This document shows, in pieces, positions 9,716 through 18,200 of a stretch of DNA of 20,430 nucleotides (position 1 is the stretch's first letter; every line of letters begins with the position of its first letter). The translations under genes were made by a program, and so were the position numbers. The stretch comes from Histomonas meleagridis 2922-C6/04-290x. Lineage: Eukaryota > Protista > Parabasalia. The stretch lies in contig JAANOX010000208.1 in NCBI GenBank assembly GCA_020184695.1, forward strand, positions 1-20,430, in the 5' to 3' direction. The notes under the pieces are model-generated. The model was not told where the DNA came from. It saw only the letters and a program-made list of their open reading frames with translations, and ran no database searches.

Positions 9716-12137
9716 ATAAAATTATTAAAAAATATTTCAAATCATTAAAACATATACCGAATTTGAAAATTTGATTTTGAATTATTCAAATATACTTTCA
9801 ATTCCTAAAATAAATATTAAATTATTAAAACATACCTTAAATTAACAAATTAAATAATAAATAATTAAAATAAACTATAAAATACTGAGAAAAATTTTAA
9901 ATAGTTGAAAGAAATAATAAATTATAAAATTTAACATATTTTCTATTAACATCAATTCCTTCATGTTGTAAAAGCATTTTGACAATATTCGCATTTTTCA
10001 TTATGATTGCTAAATGAAGTACTGTTAGAAAATATTAAAATATATTTCAAATTCTTTAAATAAATTTCAAATATTTTAATTAGACTTTGAAAGATGAAAA
10101 CGAATATAAAATCGAAAGAATAGATTCCATATTATTAAAACAAATTGTGAATTATCAATACAAACATAAAATCATAAAAACAAATTGCAAAACATTTAAA
10201 TAAATTTCAAAATATTAAAATAAATTCTAAATGAATAATACAAACTGGAAATGATTTAAAGAAATATAAAATTAATAAAACAAATTTTAAATTATTAAAA
10301 TAAACTTTAAATCAATAAAACAAACTCCAAATTAGTAAAACAAAATGCGAATTGACAAAACGAACATGAAATAAATAAAATAAATAAAAAATTAATAAAA
10401 TAAATTCCAAATGAAAAAAATATATTCCAAATTAAATAGATAAACTGGAAATTATTAAAATAAATTGGAAACATTTGAAATAAACATAAAAATTTTGAAA
10501 TAAATAGGAAATTATTTAAATAATTTTGATATTCTCAAAATAAATATGAAGTTATCAAAACAAATTTCATATTATTATAATAAATTAGAAATTATTAAAA
10601 CTAATTTTAAATACCCCAAATAAACATATACAATATTAACAACAATTCCTTTAAATTCTAAAAGTAATTTAACGATTTCAATGTTACATTTTTCAACTGC
10701 GGTATACAGTGGCGTTACAAATGAAATAATTTAATATTAAAACTTTAAAATCGATTCCAGATTAAAAAAACTAACATTACATGATTAAAACAAATTGATT
10801 AATATCCAAACAAATATTAAAATATTTAAACAAACATCAAATTATCCCAATAAATATCTCTCACATTAACATTAATTTCGTTTTGTTTCAGAAGTAATTC
10901 AACAATTTTTGTAAAACCTTCTTAAACAGCTGTCTGAAGAGCTGTTTTAAATCGTTTAAATATATATGAAAATATTAAAACAAACAAATTTAGCATTAAC
11001 ATCAATTTTACTATGTTCTAGAACTAATTTAACACTTTCAAAATTACCAGATTTTACGCAAGTGTAGAAAATATCATCCGACATTTGATACTTTGTAGTG
11101 AAGTAACTTATTAAGAGCGTAATATTTGTTTCAATAACTTTACTGATTAAATCGGCATTAACTTTCATTCCTTCTTTTTCTAAAAATGTTAAAATTTCAT
11201 AATTGTTATGATAAATACATTTAATTCCTAATCTTGTTAAATTAGGAACTTCTATTTTCTTATCATAAAAATAGTGAAAAATATCATTTCTATGGAACTC
11301 AATTGCTGTTTCATATGCATAATCATACGATGAATTATTTTGTTCACATAAATATATTATTTCTAAGTTTCCTCCTGCAATTGCATATTGTAATGTATCT
11401 TTAACTTTTGCTCCATTAATTAACAAATATTTGAAACATTTAATTGATCCAAAAAATGCACTAAAATCAATTAGTGAATCGCTACTATTAATATAAGAAT
11501 ATCTTTCATAAAGCGATGGTTTAATATGTTGATTAAAATCAAAATTATTTTGCGCTGCTATTCCTTGTAATTGTTCTAAATCATCATTGCGAAGAATTTT
11601 TGCAATCTCTGATGGATTAACACCTTCTTTAACTAATTTTTTATGTAGTTCCCAATTATTATTTGAAAGTTAGTCAATATCTTCAATAAATTCATAAATA
11701 AAGTTTGGTCTAGCAAAATATTGTAAATATTTGACTTCTGGAACAGTTTTTTTATTATATGGAACAAAATATAAATTATTCCCTAGATTGAGAAGATCTG
11801 GCTTAACTAGTCCTTTTTCAAGCAACTTTCCTACAATGAAATCTGATTCTTGCCGATTTTGCTCTATTAAATAACCACTAAATATATAAATTAGGTTTGT
11901 ATCATTTGTGAGATTTTCTTCTTTGGAACTTAAAGATACCAAATATTTAATTAAGATATTTTCATCCTTTATTTGCCGTGATTTAAAAGCTGAAATGATT
12001 AATTTGGAAACAAGAGCAATCAATTCATATGTAGAAATCTTACCGTTAGCTAATTGTAAAGTTGACTCAACTGAAGATTCTACGTTACCTTCGTTGATTT
12101 TAAAGATCATACTTTCTAATGACTGCAAAAGTTCCAT
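9653..12137 (-). CDS. DUF3447-type trichomonad ankyrin-repeat gene whose C-terminal ankyrin cores are split by 20-nt-unit arrays; carries two in-frame TAA codons, so possibly a recent pseudogene
   Basis: ATG 12137 (MELLQSLES...). The frame continues through TAA 11670-11672 into NNWELHKKLVKEG...SLIDFSAFFGSIKCFKYLLING...YAIAGGNLEIIYLCEQ, then ankyrin core DIFYTC...IDVNAKF (11075-10986). Three more 90-nt cores and a terminal repeat follow, ending at TAA 9653-9655. Confidence 0.75.
9716..9935 (-). repeat. Spacer array 4: 11 x 20-nt units; triplets spell IKIIKNKKGEY
   Basis: Exactly 220 nt between core end (9936) and next Thr codon (9715); same unit consensus. Confidence 0.9.
9936..10025 (-). CDS. 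Ankyrin core, 90 nt: TVLHLAIIMKNANIVKMLLQHEGIDVNRKY
   Basis: Hand-translated; clear ankyrin consensus. Confidence 0.88.
10026..10625 (-). repeat. Spacer array 3: 30 x 20-nt units; triplets spell KLEHQPYPPGGFHAGKKYPREAYTGYKEEL
   Basis: Exactly 600 nt. On the plus strand, alternating 10-mers resembling TAAATnnnAA and ATTATTAAAA line up vertically in every 60-nt line from 10031 to 10630. Confidence 0.92.
10626..10715 (-). CDS. Ankyrin core, 90 nt: TPLYTAVEKCNIEIVKLLLEFKGIVVNIVY
   Basis: Hand-translated; clear ankyrin consensus. Confidence 0.85.
10716..10855 (-). repeat. Spacer array 2: 7 x 20-nt units; triplets GAT AAT TCA AAT GGA AAT GTA = DNSNGNV
   Basis: Exactly 140 nt between core end (10856) and next Thr codon (10715); 20-nt register preserved throughout. 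Confidence 0.85.
10856..10945 (-). CDS. Ankyrin core, 90 nt: TALQTAV*EGFTKIVELLLKQNEINVNVRD
   Basis: Hand-translated; ankyrin consensus TxLxxA...IVxLLL...IxVN. In-frame TAA at 10922-10924. Confidence 0.8.
10946..10985 (-). repeat. Spacer array 1: 2 x 20-nt units (17-nt linker + triplet); triplets CAT AAA = HK
   Basis: GTTTGTTTTAATATTTT-CAT-ATATATTTAAACGATTT-AAA, then ACA GCT CTT (TAL). Confidence 0.8.
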
Positions 12138-13217
12138 GTTCAAAAAATAAAAAATTAATGAGAGAAGTTTACGCCGGAAATTGGACCGTTTATTATGACC
12201 GTTATGGCTATGGAAAAAATTTTTATTTAATTTTTCACACAGGTTTTTCATCAAACAAGCTTTCTTTATTTCTTCCCAATCATTACTTATTATAATCATA
12301 TCATTTTTGAATATTCATCATATTACATATTATTCTGCTTTTTATGAAATTATTAATGAAGAAGATGAAAATAAATATAAGGAAAAAGAATTTTTTTTGT
12401 TATTGTTATTGTAATTATTTGTGTTATAATTATTTTGTTCATTTCACTTCTTATTCTCTTTAATTAATTCGTGATCACCACACTAAACGAAATACTAGTA
12501 TTTATGTTATCAAGAAAATTATGATTAATGCAATCAATAACAATATCAATAATTTATTTCATTTTTTGCCCTAATTTTTTTTTGATTATCAATCGACAAT
12601 TATTTATAAAGAAAACGGAATAGATTTAGATGTAGACCATTTAAATGCTATAATCCTCATTATAAGTTATGGGAATGGATATTAAACAAAAATATGACGA
12701 AATCATAAATGTATTAAAACAATTATATCCATACGATTTAATGCATCAAAAGGGTTTTTTTTTTTGATTACCAACTTGACAAACCATATCCAAAAATAGA
12801 AAAACGCGGGATTTACGGAACCGAAGAATCCAAAGAATAATATACGAAAATCAATATCTTAAAGATTGTAGTTAACGGGACTTTATTATATTGCCAAGTT
12901 TAAGGAAGAATGGCATTGGATCAATAATTAATGTAATTTGTGCCCATATTACTCAAAATAACTGTTGTATATGATCAAAACAGATATTCCAATTTTTCAC
13001 AATGCAAAGGCTTGTTGTTCACAAGTAAACCAAAAATGTGTACACCGATGAATGTGAAGTCGATGGATGCGATGGGATTAACAGTTGTATAATAGCGAAG
13101 AAAGCTTTAGAAGCTACTGAAATTAATGAAGAAAATAAGGAAATAATGGAAATATTTTTCATTGTTTTTTTGCCTGATCTTCAATTTTTCATAAAGCATA
13201 AACTTTGGAACAAAAAA

Positions 13218-13388
13218 ATGGAAAAAATAAGGATAATCCTTGGATCCTCATCAAAATGGAGAAGAGAACTTGCTAAGAAATATCTTGGATGTGAATCTGA
13301 TTTAAAAGGAAAAGTTATTAAATTATCTCTTATTAAAGATTACCCATATAGTAAAGATTTTGAAGAAATTTTAAAAAAAAAAATTTAA
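13218..13388 (+). pseudogene. Truncated Maf-family N-terminal fragment
   Basis: MEKIRIILGSSSKWRRELAKKYLG matches the Maf N-terminal ILAS(S/A)SPRRxELL motif. Similarity is lost after ~24 codons and the frame stops at 13388. Confidence 0.5.
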
Positions 13389-13526
13389 TGTTTTTATTGC
13401 ATCTATATAACAAACATTTAATGTATAATAGAAGTAAGCATAAGATTCGTCAAATCACAAAAATGTTTGTATTTATTATATTAATAAATAAATAAAAACA
13501 TTATTTTATTATTAAAATATGTTTAT

Positions 13527-13905
13527 TTATATTTGATTTATGTATATTTCTTCTATGAAATCATCTGCAAATGCATCTTCTTCAATAAAAAATAGGTTAA
13601 ATTATGAGTATTAACGAAAGAAAAATTCAGTAAAAATTTATTAACATAATTATTCGAATCAATATTATTTTTTGATTTAGTAAATGTATTCGATTTGGTG
13701 AATATGTTGGGGGAAGACATTCGTCATGTATTGTTCCCTTTGTAGCATTCATATTTCCAAATGTTTTATTTTGATATGTTACTAATGTCAAAACTATTGT
13801 TGCATTTATATTAACGAATGCATCATTTTTTATTTCTAGTGAAATTTCTTCATTAAAATGAATACATTTGAGAGATGTGCAATTAATAAATGCATTTAGA
13901 ATTAT
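13527..13905 (-). pseudogene. Decayed C-terminal remnant of a BspA-like surface protein
   Basis: NAFINCTSLKCIHFNEEISLEIKNDAFVNINAT resembles the last LRR/cap of the 3433-5860 gene. After frame breaks, the tail FIEEDAFADDFIEEIYINQI* ends at TAA 13527-13529. No start codon. Confidence 0.5.
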
Positions 13906-13938
13906 TATGTTTAAAAAAAAATCGCAAAATTATCATGT

Positions 13939-14532
13939 TTATTGAAATGGCTCGTCTAGCACTGCTAGAAATTGTTCCATTTTAGAATCGCTCAATATAT
14001 TTGCTTTTGCCAAGCGATTTCTGTTTTGGAGTAAACAATCACTAACTGTACCATAAGACTCAATCATCGAAGCAGCATCTTTCCTAGAAATACCAACAGC
14101 ATTCAATGCGTCAATTGCAATGTCGTACGTTGTCTCGTTTGATGCTTTTAATTCATCAACTTGTGATTCTTGTGTATTGTACATCGTTAAGATCCATCTT
14201 CCTGCTTCCTCGAAATCAAATGCCAAAACAACATTAAGATTGTTTGCAATTGATAAGGATGTTAGTTTTGAGATAACATGATCTGGATTTTGTATATCAA
14301 CAACAAGAAGAAGTATTCTAGTAGCATAGCCACCTCTGAAATTTGCAATTTTTTTGCCTAGATACTCAGGATGTGTACGATGATATTTTAGTGATAAAAA
14401 TAGGATTCCAATTTTATAACCAATTGAATAATCACATACAGAATTTTCATTCCAAACCATTTGAGCAGGTGCAAGTATCTTGATCAAGGGGTTTCCTTCT
14501 TGTGTTTTTGAGATTGTAATAGGAAGTTTCAT
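13939..14532 (-). CDS. ERCC1: ERCC1/Rad10 DNA excision repair protein (central domain plus C-terminal HhH-like region)
   Basis: QEGNPLI, LFLSLKYHRTHPEYL, RILLLVVDI, VVLAFDFEEAGRWI and terminal DEPF motifs. Confidence 0.88.
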   Translation of the reverse strand: MKLPITISKTQEGNPLIKILAPAQMVWNENSVCDYSIGYKIGILFLSLKYHRTHPEYLGKKIANFRGGYATRILLLVVDIQNPDHVISKLTSLSIANNLNVVLAFDFEEAGRWILTMYNTQESQVDELKASNETTYDIAIDALNAVGISRKDAASMIESYGTVSDCLLQNRNRLAKANILSDSKMEQFLAVLDEPFQ

Positions 14533-15260
14533 TGCGTTTCTAAGGCGCTTTATATTACGCCATATAAAATTGAAAGCTTTACATTAAATAAGAGCAAAAT
14601 CGATTTCAAATCAAGATAAATTATTTCCGTTTGATTTTGTATTTTGCTATTTTGCTTTAAGCAGTGATCATTGTGTAATTTTGACAACCTGAAAAATTTT
14701 TATGATTAACACGATTGATTCACATGAACATTGATCGTTTCTAAAAATGAAGCTTTGCAGAAAACAATTTTTTTTGCTGAGTACAAATCATTCTAACTTT
14801 GAAACTTGACGAATTTCATTAAGATCACAATTTTGTCAAATAAGCATTTTTACAAAGTTGTCATTCAAACATCCGCAAAAACATCTTAACCGCTTTGGAA
14901 CGACATATTGGAATTTGAAATATTTTTCTTCTGGTAATATCGTGGAGAAAAATTACGAAAGCTATATTTATATACATATTAATTGCTACACACCGTACCT
15001 CACTGATAATATCCCAAGTGAATGTTATAATGTTTTAGTTCCTAATTTATTTTTTATTATTCAGAAATAAAAAAAATTGGGAGCTAATCCGCCTTGGTAA
15101 AGGCTCTGTGCGTAAAGGCTTATTTCCTCAAAGAGTTTTTCTTCCTCCTGATTATAAATCTTATTTTCAAGCATCCAACATGAGTTATGAAAATTTTCTA
15201 TGAGGTGTGTCAAATCCTAATTTGAGAGATAATAAAGCCGTTTGCTGAACCATAATATTG

Positions 15261-15276
15261 AAAGCGGCGCCACTTT
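15261..15276 (+). promoter_or_regulatory. Near-palindromic AAAGCGGCGCCACTTT initiator-like element upstream of RPC1
   Basis: 7 of 8 dyad pairs match; ends 15 nt upstream of ATG 15291; shares GGCGCCAYTTTT with the 412-427 element. Confidence 0.4.
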
Positions 15277-15290
15277 TTTGAGCCAAAAGG

Positions 15291-18200
15291 ATGGATTACA
15301 GTTACCTTCAAAAAGAAAGAGTCCCAAATAGTACAGCTCCAAAAAGAATCAACGAAATTGACTTCCAAATCATTGGGTCATCAGAAACACGAAAAATGAG
15401 TGCGGTAACAATTAATAAATGTGATTTTTATGAATCAACATCAAACAAGCCTGTTTCTGGTGGTGTTTTGGATCTTAGACTTGGTACCACATCACGTGAA
15501 TTTCCATGCCAAACATGTGGAAATAATGAACATGATTGTCCTGGACATTTTGGTTCAATTGAATTTGTTTTACCAGTATTCAACACAGGTTATTACCCAC
15601 ATATTATCAATGTTTTGAAATGTATTTGCAAGACATGTTCTCATGTTTTATTACCAAAATCAGAAATTAACAAAAGACTTCGACGAATTTATTCCAATTC
15701 TTCCTCAACAATTTACAACAAAATCGAAAGGGTAAAAGCTCTTAAAAAGGAAACCGAAACTGTTGTTGTTTGTCCACATTGTGGAGCATTAAATGGGCCA
15801 ATCAGGAAATCCAAAAATCTTTTAATCATTACACATGACATAGGATTAAGGAATGAAGTCATTAAGAGTCAATTTGCCGAACAATTTGTTAATTTAAATT
15901 TACCAGATGTTAAATATGATTCATTAAGAAACTATATATCAGAAGATCTCACTCCTGTCCGAGTTCTAAACCTTTTTGATAACATTCCACTCCGTGAATT
16001 ACCACTTTTAATGTCAAATGTAAAAATTGAAAATCCTTCAAATATGATAATCAAGTCAATGATTGTACCACCAAACTCAATCCGTCCCTCTGTTATTTCA
16101 TCTGGTGAAGGATCCACGGAAGATGATCTTACGATTCGATTACGTGAAGCAATTGATACTACAATACAATTACAAAAATCAATTGAAGCAGGCCATACAT
16201 CAGGTGTTATAGCAGAGAAGTGGTGTAATCTTCAGCAGATCATTAATACTTTCATTAATAGTGAAGGTCCAGATACAATTATGAAAAAGAAAGGCAAAAA
16301 AGATAAGCCAATTATTGGTATTTCACAACGTCTTAAAGGCAAAAAAGGACGTTTTCGAACTAATCTTTGTGGTAAGCGTGTAAACTTTAGTGGTCGTACA
16401 GTTATTACACCAGATCCTAATGCAAATGTTGATCAAGTTGTTGTTCCATTAGAAATGGCAATGACCTTAACGTTCCCGACGGTTGTTACCAAACATAACA
16501 TCAACATGTTGAAAAAGTGCATCAAGAACGGACCGTTTAAATATCCAGGTGCTAATCAAGTGTTAACAGATGATCATAAGTTTAAGCGATCTTTACGCTA
16601 TTTAAGGCAAGAAGAAATCGACAAAGTCATCCATAACTTGAAATATGGTGATATAGTTGAACGACATTTAATTAATAATGACACAGTTTTATTTAATCGT
16701 CAACCATCATTACATCGAATCTCTATTATGGCATTTCGAGCCAAAGTAATGCCATGGCGTACCTTACGCTTTAATGTTTGTGCATGTGCACCATTTAATG
16801 CAGATTTTGATGGTGATGAGATGAACATTCATTTACCACAAACATTAGAAGCCGCAGCAGATGCACGAATTCTAATGAATGTTTTAAGCAATTTATTTAG
16901 TCCACGAAATGGTGAATTAATAGTAGCTCCTACACAAGATTTTTTATCAGGCACATATTTACTTACACGAAAGAATGTATTTTTAGATTATCAACATTTT
17001 ACATTTTTAGCTGCCCAAATATTTGATGCTGATGTTCCATTAGAAATCCCAATGCCATCCATCTTATATCCCACGCCATTATGGACTGGCAAACAATTAA
17101 TATCATTAATGATATCACCTAATTCACAATCCAACATTAAGTTTACACATAATGTTACCAACAAAGAATACACCGGTAATTTACATATGTGTAAGAATGA
17201 TGGCTATGTTTCATTCTTAGATTCATATATGTTATCTGGTGTATTAGAGAAATCATTAATTGGTGGTGGAAGTAAATCTATTTTCTCGGTCTTAGCACGT
17301 GATTATTCACCACAATATTCCGCAATATGTATGGCACGAATCTCTAAAATCTCAGTACGATTTCTTATGAATCGTGGATTCTCTATAGGTATTACAGATG
17401 TTACACCTAATCCACATTTAGAAGATGCAAAAGATAAAATCATTGAAGAAGCGTATAAGAAATCGGAACAATATATCAATCAAATGAACTCCGGTAAATT
17501 CGAAGCTAATCCTGGAATGAGTGTTGAATCATCATTAGAACTCAGTTTAAATAATACATTATCACAAGTACGTAATGATATTGGGAAACTTTGTCTTAAG
17601 GAATTATCGAACTTAAACACCGCTTTAGTTATGGCTAAATCAGGTGCAAAAGGTTCCGATATTAACATCTGTCAAATGATGGCATGTGTCGGACAACAAA
17701 TTATTAGTGGGCAACGTATTATCGAAGATTTCATTGATCGAACTATACCACATTTTCATCATAAGTCATTAGAACCTTATGCAAAAGGTTTTGTTCCTAA
17801 TTCATTTTTCTCTGGTTTAACACCATATGAATTCTTCTTTCATACTATGAGTGGTAGAGAAGGTTTAGTTGACGCAGCTGTTAAGACAGCAGAAACTGGT
17901 TACTTACAACGGCGTTTAGTTAAGTCATTAGAAGATGCAATTGTACAATATGATGGGACTGTACGTTCTGGTAATACTATTGTTCAATTCGTATATGGAG
18001 ATGATGGTTTAGATCCTTTATGTATGGAAGTGAAAGGTTTCCCTTTAGATTTGAAACGTGTATCATTCGAAATAATGTTTAATAATAGAGAAGGTTATTT
18101 GTTGACGCCAAATGAATCAGAGAAAATGTTTCACGAATTAATATCAAAATATTATCATGAAGATACAAAACCTTATCAAGTGCCCCCGTTTTTGGTTGAT

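Noticed and set aside
10026-10625. CRISPR-like array interpretation of the regular repeats
   Set aside because: Units are contiguous 20-mers with only a 3-nt variable part, there are no 25-45 nt unique spacers or cas genes, and the context is eukaryotic.
9716-10985. Spacers as ordinary single spliceosomal introns
   Set aside because: Three begin with GT but one begins with AT, none has a 3' AG at the required position (the CTAACAG at 10028-10022 overlaps the conserved Thr codon), and whole-spacer removal would delete the ankyrin hairpin. It also would not explain exact multiples of 20.
10922-11672. TAA reassigned to a sense codon (as in hexamitids or ciliates)
   Set aside because: USP, RPL37, Ras, RpiB, ERCC1 and the DZIP1-like gene all terminate at TAA, and the 1496-codon RPC1 has no internal TAA/TAG. 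The in-frame TAAs are confined to accessory genes.
14858-15203. Possible decayed gene (ORF 14858-15070 plus a following frame NWELIRLGKGSVRKGLFPQRVFLPPDYKSYFQ...)
   Set aside because: No ATG start, broken at an A-run, and no family recognisable; cannot be supported without a database search.
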